DNA of 60,672 nt, the filler included, from Dirinaria sp. TL-2023a (Eukaryota): assembly GCA_051941275.1 (NCBI GenBank). It is 6 parts of 6 records of this genome, joined end to end, with 100 filler letters (N's around TTAATTAATTAA, not from the genome) between each part and the next. Parts side by side here need not be neighbours in the genome. Positions count along the whole stretch, not along the records: positions 1 to 10,049 come from JAVEBF010000982.1; positions 10,150 to 20,188 come from JAVEBF010000983.1; 4 more parts are not named here. The stretch is one strand, 5' to 3'. Positions 1-10,406 of this stretch are shown here, one piece after another (positions within the stretch are counted from its first letter, which is position 1; every line of letters begins with the position of its first letter). The notes under the pieces were generated by a model, which saw only the letters and a program-made list of their open reading frames with translations, did no database searches and was not told the origin of the DNA. A program made the translations under genes and the position numbers.

Positions 1-1601
1 ATTCTGTACAGCCTCGGCGCTTGCATACCAGATGCGCTGCTAGCGTCCTACCGAGGGCCGGGGTATGGGATGGCTATTCGCGAAAATGATAATGTGTCGA
101 CGGAACCGGAATATCAAGCGTCGCATTCTTCTACCGCTGCACCGTTCTTCGTCATCTCCGCGTCTAGATCTAGCCACTCATCTCGGGATGAGCCCACCAT
201 ATCGTGTCCACTATTTCATTGTTCTCTACTTGCGGCAGACGAGGGCGAGCTGATTGCCATACTCGAGATCGAGATCTATCTCTGAACGCACCGACTACTC
301 GAACTAAAATATCACACGCAACTCCTCGCCCGAGGGTGCGGTCGCTTTTAACCTCACAGTGAACGGTATCTTCAGTCTTCTTTTACGAACAACGATCCGA
401 AAATATTTATGTGTTCACTTTTTAAATTGCCAAGTCGTGGAATTTGGCCTCGAGTATCAATGCATCCGCGTTTGAATGTACCATGGTAGTGCCTTTTGGC
501 GTAGGCAGCTGTCTCGCATCCGGACATTCTCTAGCTTCATTTCGAGGATAACACCGGCTTTGCCGTTGACTGGCGATTCTCACCTATATAAAGTGGCAGA
601 ATATCCCACCCGAGTTAAGTTGGATGATCCAATTTCGAAAGAGATTATGAAAAGAGTGCCTGCATCAGAGCCATCCGCGTGATGCAATAGTGAGTAAAGC
701 GCCAAAACTTCAATAACATCAAACCCCCTTTCGAGGTGTAGAAGTACTCACCAATTACCATCCTTGAATACTTTAATTAGTTCCAGGACGGCTATCCTAA
801 GGTTCTAGGCCAAGGTGCCGCAAGATGAAAGTTGAGTTCCAAGCTTTTCACGGACAATCTCTTTCCTTGGGTTCACGTAGTCTTTTTCAATTTTCTCCCT
901 GCATCCAACTCTCATCGGACTGCAGAATTCTAGCGTCAAAAGCCGTCCTCACATCTTCGTGTACAGCAGATCCTAAGTCTCCTGGCTTGACACCCAATTA
1001 TCCATTCGCCCTTCTGAGCATTCTTACTCTCAGATCAACATTGATTATACTCGAGTTATTTCAAGTCTAGGGAGCGATCTATGGTTCGTTTGGGAAAGTA
1101 TTACCGCTCGTTCGGCGCAAGCCTGCCGAGTAGCAACTTCTTGCTTCACTACCCAATCCTTTCCTAATGTGTTGATTAATTCTCATTCTGTTCCGGAAGT
1201 GACGATATGTTGCTCAGTTATGCTTCACTCATTACTGGCGATTACTAGAGTTTATTGTCCCTTCGATCCCTACCTTGCGCTGCTAATGATCTCAAGTCTA
1301 CATTGAGATCTACTTTACCCGTTTTCCTTGTTGTATCTTAGGCCTCAAACAATGGCTCTTTGTTCGAATAAGTATACACAAGTGTTTAGTTCAAGCCTAG
1401 CAAGACAGGATTTGTTACAATGCTATTGTCTCCAGGTTCTTTGTCACCCCTTGTGGAAGTGATGGCCTTGTTCGGCTCTCACACATTTAAGGCGCGCAGT
1501 ATCTAGAGATATCTATATCATCGTTCTTGCATTCACTGTCCTCGACAATACTATATATCCATTATACCGAAATTCCAGCATCTTGCGATAATCTGCGAAC
1601 T

Positions 1602-3380
1602 ATGTCAGGCTTTGGAGGCGAACAAGTCAAGTCTCAGGAGCAGGCCTCCACAACAATGGATTTCGAGACAATGGATTTTGACAATCCATTCAACTCCGAG
1701 GAATGCATGGCTGATCTGCTGAGTGAGGATTATCTATACGCACATCCGTTCAGTAACTTTGACACCGGGATTCCGTACATTGACGCACAAGCGCCAATCG
1801 ACCAGTTTCCAGACCAATTATCCTGGCCCGACTCCAACTCACCTCAGGACAATGTCTTCGCTGAAGCATCTCAGTTTGGGGCCAACGAGACCTTCGCACC
1901 AGCAAACGATGATGCCAGTTACTATCCGCCAATTCCAATGCTAGACTCGATCACTCAACCTTACCACCTGCCAACACAACCTCTGTTTGATGTTCCACCA
2001 ATGCCTGGTATGCCCCAAGATCAACTTGCTCAGTACTATGCTGCTGCTGCCAAGTACTATGCCGACAAGGCACGAGAATTTGGACCTGTGACGGAGTCGA
2101 ACGGCCATGTATCAGGTGAAGTATCTGAAATCACAAACTCTACTGGAAGGGAAGCTCAAAGCAGTCAGGTCTCGATGGAAGTAGACGATAAGGGGGCAAC
2201 TGCGAAAGTTCTATCGGCGCCTGCCTTTCAACGACTTCCCAAGCGGAAACCGGCTTCCAACCCTGCAGCTAACGCTCGTGTCATGCAGGAGACTTTGACC
2301 AATTCAGGACTTCAGAGGTTCTCTAAGACCAACCCTGAGAATTTGAAAAGCCGAACTAGGAAGATCCTTGAATACGACCCAAGAGCAGTCTACAAAGAGA
2401 ACCGCGCTGAACCATTCGAGAACTGGGGCAACTGTTTCGGCTACACGATGGATTGTGAATTGCTTCCAGGGATGGCCTTTACCGTCGAGGAGATGAACCA
2501 ATATTTCTTCGCGCACCCTAGAGGTTTTCGAATGTGGATCCAGCGCAACCCTTCTGACTCCAAGCGCCGATATGGGCATTCCGCATCTGCCCGCTGCCGA
2601 ATCAAGGACTGTCCCGCCGACTACCGACTCATCGGCCAAGCACAGTACCGCGTCGCCTTCGACGAGCGCTATCAAGAGACTAACTACGACCCCATGCATT
2701 GCGCAATGTACTGCCACCTCTTCTGCCTCGAGAAGTTCTTCGACTTCCCAGCCCTCTGCGCCCAGCTGGACGTGCGGGCCGAAGACAGAGAACTTCCCAA
2801 AGAACCGGCTGGACGCAACCGGATGCTGTTCTCCACCGAAGAAGAAAAGGAGATCGCTCAAGAATTCATCTCCGCCTGTCAGCATGACAAAGTACCCGCT
2901 TCTTATCCTCGGGACGGAACGCATCACGGATCGCTGACGCACATGCTGGCTCTGAAGAAAGTCGAGCTGGAGCCGAAGCGTATCAGTGAGGCAAGGAAAG
3001 AACGCAATGCGCGCTCTACATTCGAAGTCCATCTTGGCGATTTGGAGCTCGAGAACGCCGAGCGCGCGAAAAGTCGTCGTCCGGAGTGGCAGACGCGGCG
3101 CAAGCCTCTGAACTCGCCTTCTTCAGCTTCAGCCCCGAAGCGGAAGCGTGTCGAAACTGATGACGAGGAAGAAGAGGTCGTTGCGCAGCCGGTGCGAAAA
3201 TCAGCTAAGAAGGCGCCGACAACGAAGAAAGGCGGTAGAAAGACTGCTGTACCTAAGTCCCGAAAGCGCCAAGTTGTGGAGTCAAGTGAAGATTCTTCTG
3301 AGGAATCGCTGGAACAGGGTAGTGAGGATGAGGAGTATAGGCCACCTACCCGCAGTCGGACGGTTAATAATCGTAAGTAG
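1602..3380 (+). CDS. Uncharacterised, probably nuclear protein: acidic/Pro/Gln-rich N-terminus, central globular Cys/His domain (possible PARP-type zinc finger), basic and acidic C-terminal tail
   Basis: Single intronless ORF; the first ATG is at 1602 (the track starts at TTG 1527). Central motif SARCRIKDCP...IGQAQYRVAFDE...YCHLFC; NLS-like PKRKR and KSRKR. Confidence 0.75.
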   Translation: MSGFGGEQVKSQEQASTTMDFETMDFDNPFNSEECMADLLSEDYLYAHPFSNFDTGIPYIDAQAPIDQFPDQLSWPDSNSPQDNVFAEASQFGANETFAPANDDASYYPPIPMLDSITQPYHLPTQPLFDVPPMPGMPQDQLAQYYAAAAKYYADKAREFGPVTESNGHVSGEVSEITNSTGREAQSSQVSMEVDDKGATAKVLSAPAFQRLPKRKPASNPAANARVMQETLTNSGLQRFSKTNPENLKSRTRKILEYDPRAVYKENRAEPFENWGNCFGYTMDCELLPGMAFTVEEMNQYFFAHPRGFRMWIQRNPSDSKRRYGHSASARCRIKDCPADYRLIGQAQYRVAFDERYQETNYDPMHCAMYCHLFCLEKFFDFPALCAQLDVRAEDRELPKEPAGRNRMLFSTEEEKEIAQEFISACQHDKVPASYPRDGTHHGSLTHMLALKKVELEPKRISEARKERNARSTFEVHLGDLELENAERAKSRRPEWQTRRKPLNSPSSASAPKRKRVETDDEEEEVVAQPVRKSAKKAPTTKKGGRKTAVPKSRKRQVVESSEDSSEESLEQGSEDEEYRPPTRSRTVNNRK

Positions 3381-4218
3381 GGATCTCCGGCTTGGGTGGT
3401 AATGGATTCTCTCAGCTATAGTCATTATCATGCATATACTCTAATCCATCATTGCTATCTCCACATCTGATCCTCTGTTCTCTCATTCCTTTGTCTCCAT
3501 TCTACACCAGTGATCAAGATTATGTCACCTCACGGAAAATAATAAAATATAAACAAAACCTCTCTAGTACTTTCATAAAATCTTCATATCATACCTACCA
3601 TCCGATATTCCTTACGCATGTTCCTTTCTCTGGTCTTTGCACTGGGCTCATCCTCCAATCCTTCATATACAAAAATGTCAGCCCGCCACCTATCTAAAAC
3701 CAAGAATTACTTCTCACAGACACTCGGTAACAGCGAGCGAAGGTCGAGTCGAAGATAGCGGCTAAAGGCCCAGTCGCATCGGCTAAACGATATCAAATCC
3801 GCTACAAAAAATATCATTCTTAGGTGAAAGACTCGAGATCAGTCACCTGTCGGACCTGAGCGGCCATTTCGATCAAGCAAATACTTTTCCTTCGTCTACC
3901 TCTGGCAGAATATTAAATTTTACTTGTTCGATCGGAAAATCACTCGGCTTTCTCATTGGAAAGAGATGGCAAAGCACAAACAATAACTTCATTCTGCTCA
4001 GCCTGTCACTCTCTGCTGAGCAAATACGTTTCTTTCTTCCTCTGTCAAGAGCGTAAACAATCTCTTCCGCAATCTAAAACTATGAAATATCGGCCTGAAG
4101 AAGAATTCATCTAACTCATGCTCATCTCAGTTATCGCTATCAACTGGATTTCCAAATTGCGGTGCAACAGATGGATACTGCTGCGCAGAGAGGATTGCAA
4201 TCTAATGAGGCTTACGTC

Positions 4219-5500
4219 AAAATTGTAGTCCTTATGATACACTGGAGCAGAAAGCACAAACTCTTATCAAATCGACTGCGCGAGTCGTGAGAACGGTCAT
4301 TCAGCATCATCCATATCATTCTTCAATGTATCTTTTTGATAATCGTTTGGTAAATAATGATGTCTTGATAATTTCACACAGTGGACGGTATTGAATAGTA
4401 CAAGAACCTAGCAAAAGATAACGAAGACTGACGTTAGAATTTTCCACCTTTGCCGCCAATGGGACTTGCAACCTGAAGCATTGGTGATTGGTTATTTCCT
4501 TCGTTAGGAGGGCAACTCAGTTGGGGTATACTCTACTGCCGACTTGACTATTCGTTGAATGACCGTAAAATATGTCTTATTGACTATTTATCTCAGAGCT
4601 CGCAGGGTTTAATACTGATCACAACGAGCAGATGATTAAAGAGCAAAAAAAACCTCGCTGATCTCCCTCACATGCATATTCTTGATCGAATCTACATGGA
4701 TACAGCCGTCAATAGCCGCTGCGAAAGCGGTCTTATCAGGATCGAAGGTAGCGCTATCTCATTAGACGATTACATCAGCCAAAATACTGGCTAGGTCATT
4801 GGTAATCTCGCATATTTCATAATACTGCTTTTTCGACCAGCGAATACGTTGTCATTGGGCAATTTCAATATCAGGCTAAGGATGCTGCCATAATTCGCTA
4901 TTCACCTTCTTTCAAGGAGCGAGGAGAATTTAATTAGTGGCTTGCACCTGCTACTGCAAATTGATCGGCAGCGACATTATTTAAGACCGATTTTGCCTTC
5001 ACTAATGTGTACAGTGATATTAAGACGGAAGGACTTCCTTGTCTCTGCTTCCATGTAAAGGGAATCTAACTCTGCTTTACCCCATCGCTCTGATATAGCG
5101 ATCTCATGTCAGACTTATTACTCAAGCAAAAACCTTCAAGATCAAGTGTAAGACTTTTGTGACAATCCATTAGAAATCTTCTGGGCTCGAAATATAAATA
5201 CCAGCATGGATGCAGCGCTTTAGCTGCTCTTGGATTGAATGAATTGCTTGGACGCGCTTCTTCAATTAGATATCTTCATTGGGATCTTTTACGGAAATGT
5301 TTGAAAATTGAGGTCAAGTTATGCGGGATAAACAAAAGGCCCTTGATGGTACAAGGACGAACTCAATCAATTGAACGAAAAAAGAGCAAGTCATCAGTCG
5401 GACTCGAAGACGAGACAATCCTAGAGACTATGTGAGGGTGTTCGTTTACTCTGTGGCCAATACGTACGACGACAGAAGGATCCTGCGAAGCATCGTGAAG
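4219..5500 (+). pseudogene. Possible heavily decayed NB-ARC/TPR (NLR-like) relic
   Basis: Motif fragments lie in the expected order but in broken frames: KIVVL plus degenerate P-loop-like DNA at 4219-4260, LIDYLSQSSQGLILITTSR at 4576-4632 (compare FLPRSQHGHVVITSR in the contig-2 NLR), and TPR-like GLEDETILETM / VANTYDD at ~5400-5475. Boundaries are approximate. Confidence 0.35.
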
Positions 5501-5676
5501 ATGCTGCTTAAAATGGAGACGCGTTTCGGTCGAGATTTAATCTCCGCTGACGATGAAGGTATTTATGTCACGCATATCAGAGAGTGGGTGTGTTTGGGAG
5601 ATAAACTAGTCCCATACCGCGACAAACAGATTAGTGAGCTGGATCTAAATCCTCTAGAGCCAAACGAGCTGCCTAG

Positions 5677-6240
5677 TCACAGCACCCAACGACTACAAGC
5701 GGAAATCATAGAAATAGTTTGAGGTGGCACTGGTCTGTACTCAGATTCTTCTGGACAACGGGACATGACGAGCGAGGTGCTCCTCTTGGTCACCGTTGTG
5801 TCCGCAAACATACCCTTCTTCCGAACGATTTGCGAGCTTTGGATTGTTGTCTTCAGATCGCTGTCGTTAAAAGTTCACAAGTAAAGATTTTCAAAAATCA
5901 GATGATCTCATCTCATTTCTCACGATCATTTTATTCACTCATCTTTCTTTTCGAAATCATTTTCGTTGTAATTTTGATCAGCATTACTATCCCATTTTCT
6001 GTATCATATGTATTGTTCAATCATATGGTATCGTCGTTGCATTAAAAGATACTGCATGTCTTTGATAAACTGATACATCAAAGGGACGTTCCTGAGTTGA
6101 TTCTCCATGGGGAAACTTTTCGACTAGCTATCGTAGCCAAAACCTATCTTGTTACAAAAGACCGCGCAGCGATCACCGGCATAAAATTCTGCAAGATCTC
6201 TGTCAGGAGACGACCTTGGTGTCGTGTCGTACAGCAGAGT
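5677..6240 (-). pseudogene. Decayed protein-coding sequence of unknown family
   Basis: One minus-strand frame runs from 6123 to 5680 (148 codons) with no TAA/TAG but six TGA. Read as Trp it gives protein-like EQYIWYRKWD...DEWIKWSWEMRWDHLIFENLYLWTFNDSDL. Confidence 0.5.
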
Positions 6241-7091
6241 CTTCCCTTACCTCTTTCTCCTTTTCCTCCCCTAAAGCCTTGGGGTTTAGATCCCAATCAT
6301 TGGGAATTTTTATCTGACTTTGGTACGATGTGGGCTGCGACCCATTTCTCTTATTCCCTTTATTCAAAAAGCTCTTAGCTTTGCCGTGAACGTTAATCTT
6401 TGCTGATTGAGCAACATGGTCCTTTGTGGGAGCTATATCCGAAATTCTCGACCGCTATCTGGAGGCAGTCGGAAATACAACGCAGAGCTTGGCTTTATAC
6501 AATATCAATTGGATGACTTGTTTCTTCACCTCAACAGCCGAAACGACACGATTCAAGACTGTAGAAAATCTCAGCACGGTCGTCACACTCTTTCGTTTTA
6601 CACTTATACTTTATAACACCTTCGAACTCTTACTCTGCTATTTATGCCGACGGTTCAGCAACGAACAGTCATCATTCTTAAGATTTCATAACACAGTGTG
6701 TTCTGTTTTGAGCAAAACAGTTGACTACGACATCAATTGAAAAATCTCTGCGATTGAGATGGATGTCTCATATCATCCAAACAAGCTGTGAACCGCTACC
6801 TCACTAGTTGGGCCACCCATTGCCTCCTCGATCAGAGTCACGGGGAGATAGTCACAAAGGGGTTAAGCCCGGTTCCCAGACTATGCATGTCGCCCGAGAG
6901 ACAAGCTTACTGTAGAAAGCCAAACACGGACGAAGAAAATACTCCCAGTAAGGCGAGCAGAGATGATCTTATCTACGGCAGGCTGGCAGAAATAGATGGG
7001 GATCAAAGATTGAAGACTTTCAAGCGTTTGAGACTTGCTCGAGGGATATTCGAATCTCGGCTGGGTCCTCACAGTCGATCATACATATGAT

Positions 7092-7523
7092 CAGGTTTTG
7101 CAGGCCCTCGCAACGCGCCGAATGCTTCCTAGACTGTTTGTTGGAACGGCTATCCCTTTATCCGAAGAATAGCTGCGTACGTGGCGCGCCGGAAACCCCT
7201 ACAACCCCGAAGAAGCGTCCCGCCTGAGTCTCGGCCCCGACCCAACCGACCAGAGCGAGAGGGAGCGAGTCAGTCGCCTGGTGCACGAACAACTCATTTC
7301 CAGGTACACCCACCTGTTTGGGCAACGGTCGCCCCGTTCGGATTGGGGCCACCTCAGCGATCTCACTCTGAAAGACAAACTGCCCGTTGAGGCCGAGTTC
7401 AGGCGCGCTCATGACCTGCAAGACACCCCACAAGTACGTTTAGACAGCAACCTACGAAGCTATTGTCGCAGATCAGAAATGATGTCAAGAGCAAGCCACA
7501 TGAATTCTCTGCACCTACAGTGA
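7092..7523 (+). pseudogene. GC-rich coding-like fragment with one in-frame stop; unknown family
   Basis: The frame of ORF 7281-7523 extends upstream to 7092, interrupted only by TAG at 7170-7172. No recognisable motif. Confidence 0.25.
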
Positions 7524-9300
7524 ATGAATGAAATTCATTCTTTACTCTTATGTGCTTGGTGTACCTTCAGGATGCTAATCTGGACATCAGCGGAATACCC
7601 TCTTATTTCTATCCGTCAGAAATCTTTCTCCAAGTTACGTTTGAGCTTAGATTTGATCACGATGACTTCTCGATGAGCCAGAGGAGACAGAGAATTGACG
7701 CAGCCTTCGCAAAAATGAAGAAGAAATGTCGGATAACAAGCTACTCGGATTTGATCAGTCCATCAGAAGCACCAAGGATCAATAACGAAGACAGAGTATA
7801 TATGATATCGATCCAAAAATCCTCTTCTCAGAGTCAAAGAGCAAACGACGATGAATCTTCATTTTTTCATACACTCATCTAGCTGATTGCGAAATGATGA
7901 AACAAAAACATAACACACAAACGTTTAAAATCAAAACGAGCATCAAACTCAAATAAAAAAAAAACCATTTTCATAATCGCAGATTTTAAATTGTATGACG
8001 AGAGCAGCATCACGAACATATTAAATAACTGGTTTTTGTCTAATTTTCATGTTTGTCGATTGATAAAAAACTAAATGCATTTTCATCACACTCACTCAAT
8101 CGATTTTACGATCGACGAAAAGATTCGCATCAATAAAACAAACAAAAAAAGTACGTCAATTAAAAATTATTATCTCAATGATACATGATATTATGAACGT
8201 GTGAAAGAATATGTTTTTGTTGGCCGCATTATACAATTACAAGCTATATTAGAGAAGGCTTTTGTCTCTGGCACTCCGCATTGAGATATTATTTTGTGCC
8301 GTGCCCTCTCATGATCTTAGTGTGTTTACAACAGGTGTTTCAAGTTCTATAATTTCGTTCTTGACACAGAGAAATGTCAAAGAGGCTGATGAAACAAGTC
8401 TGCAGCGCCTTGCGGGATCTTTTTTGATGGAAAAACAAACTTCAATGTCATCAATTTTATCAACGTTTTCATTTATCTAGTACGATCCAGAACTCAGATA
8501 TTTGTGAAGATCAATCAGACCCCAATTTTTACTTTATTCCAATTATTGTGTCTTTTCTATCAGCTCTCGAATGATATTTTATTTTGTTTCTTGCAGTTTT
8601 TTTTGATGGGTGCTTAATATTCCAACTGATCATCGGCTTTTCTAGCCGATTTAAAGTATTCATTCTATGAGCTATGCTCTTTGCTATGCCATCTGATATT
8701 CGGGGTGACAGTGACAGTTCAGATGAAGAGAGTAAGGATGCCTCTAAACAATCTTTTCCATACATCTATATACTTGTACGCTACATCGAATCCTTCAGAA
8801 TTTATCAACACAACAACTAATAATCAGGAGAATAAGTTACATCAAGGCGAACGTAGCGGTAATGATATTAAATCTATTTTGTTTCATTCTTTTAACTCCT
8901 TGGATGCCATCTGTTCCCTCAGCGGTGAAAATTATGTCTTGCATTCTGATCGCCAGCTTGAGAAATTTTTGTAATGAGCTTTTCCAGCCATCGACCTCAA
9001 CTCTTGCCAAGATACAGAGCTTAAAATTTTGATCCCTAGCTAGAACTTCTTTCTGATTGTGGACTAAAAGCGTCCCAACATTCAACCAAGCAAGATTATG
9101 AAGTGGTCAATGCCTTCTAAAAATTATGTACGAGACGCAAAAGCACTGTACGATTCTTAAGACTGGGTCAAGTCGAACGATCGATATCATTGAGAAACAA
9201 TTCAAAAACGCGAATACGCAAATGAAAATGTAGAAGGACATGAAGAGTGCAAGGTTCTGATTGAGTCACGAGAGATACTCACCTATCCACATTTCTAATG

Positions 9301-9600
9301 GATAGGAAATTCGATAAGCTTCATGAGCAGGGTAAAATGGCGTTTACAACGCAGCCAACGCCATTTAGCTATCCAGTTTTCGTCATATGACGAGATACCC
9401 CCGAAGGCCGCAATGTCAGAGCCGGTATAGACATCCGAGGTCTAAACAACATCACGGAAGTGGATACCTACCCTTTGCCTCTACAAGCCGACATCATTGG
9501 CGCAGTAGCTGGTTTCTCGTACAGCTACACCATCGACGCAGTGGGATGGTTCCATTAATTCAGCGTCAAACGCTCGGATAGATATTAGCTCACAGTGATT
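9301..9600 (+). mobile_element. Ty3/Gypsy LTR-retrotransposon reverse transcriptase relic (N-terminal part of RT)
   Basis: Translates DRKFDKLHEQGKMAFTTQPTPFSYPVFVI*RDTPEGRNVRAGIDIRGLNNITEVDTYPLPLQADIIGAVAGFSYSYTIDAVGWFH*FSVKRSDRY*LTVI, the typical fungal Gypsy RT motifs (PVFVV, DxRGLN, YPLP). Three in-frame stops; no YxDD, integrase or LTR seen. Confidence 0.85.
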
Positions 9601-10049
9601 CAAGCAGATTAAAGCTCTTAACTCACAACCTCGTGGTGGCAGCTCGAAGGCTATCCCAGATCTTTAGAATGAGTCGGGTAGTTGATATGGTCGTTTCGGA
9701 TGTAGAATAAGCAGCGATGTCGCTCTATTATACCCTATCACTTGAGGAGCATCAGCAGATTGCTGGTTTAATCCATGAACAAGAGCGCTCGGGAGCGACA
9801 GACGAAAGCAGAATCACACTCACGCTATCTCATAAAAAGAACTCGACAACGCAATACGCGGAATGAATGAAAGAGAAGTTGAAATCAGAAATGAGAAGAC
9901 TGACTAGGAAATTGCTACAGCAAGAGTTCGACATTATCCGCTTTAATAATGCAAATCAAAGAAATGGAACTGCGCGTTCATGCAATCGCAACTACACTGA
10001 CCATGATCATTTTCCGAATCCCCATTGGCACACGAAAATCGATGGAACG

Positions 10050-10149
10050 NNNNNNNNNNNNNNNNNNNNNNNNNNNNNNNNNNNNNNNNNNNNTTAATTA
10101 ATTAANNNNNNNNNNNNNNNNNNNNNNNNNNNNNNNNNNNNNNNNNNNN
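10050..10149. other. Artificial contig-joining spacer N44-TTAATTAATTAA-N44
   Basis: 100-nt spacer whose core puts stop codons in all six frames; identical at five places. Confidence 0.98.
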
Positions 10150-10406
10150 GGGATTTAGAGATTGCCTTCCCTCTTTGAGTCAATTGGAGGTCTCAATGGC
10201 GGTTCTGGTCAGTAAGGTAAGTGGGATGGTATGAGAGATCTGGTAAACGAGCGTCCTTTTTTTTTTTTTTTGTTCCTGCTAATGAACTACTATTACAATC
10301 ATCGTTTGTCTTATGGCCTGCATTGAACAAGCCATGACAAGCGAATGCTGGGTCTGTGCGTACATAGGGATTTCTAAACCCATGCTCGCGGTACAAGAAG
10401 GGCCTT

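Noticed and set aside
2304..3032. 242-aa antisense ORF, and similar antisense/overlapping ORFs over laccase, FYVE, FAO, VPS35 and ACL genes
   Set aside because: Shadow ORFs of GC-rich coding sequence with no motifs of their own.
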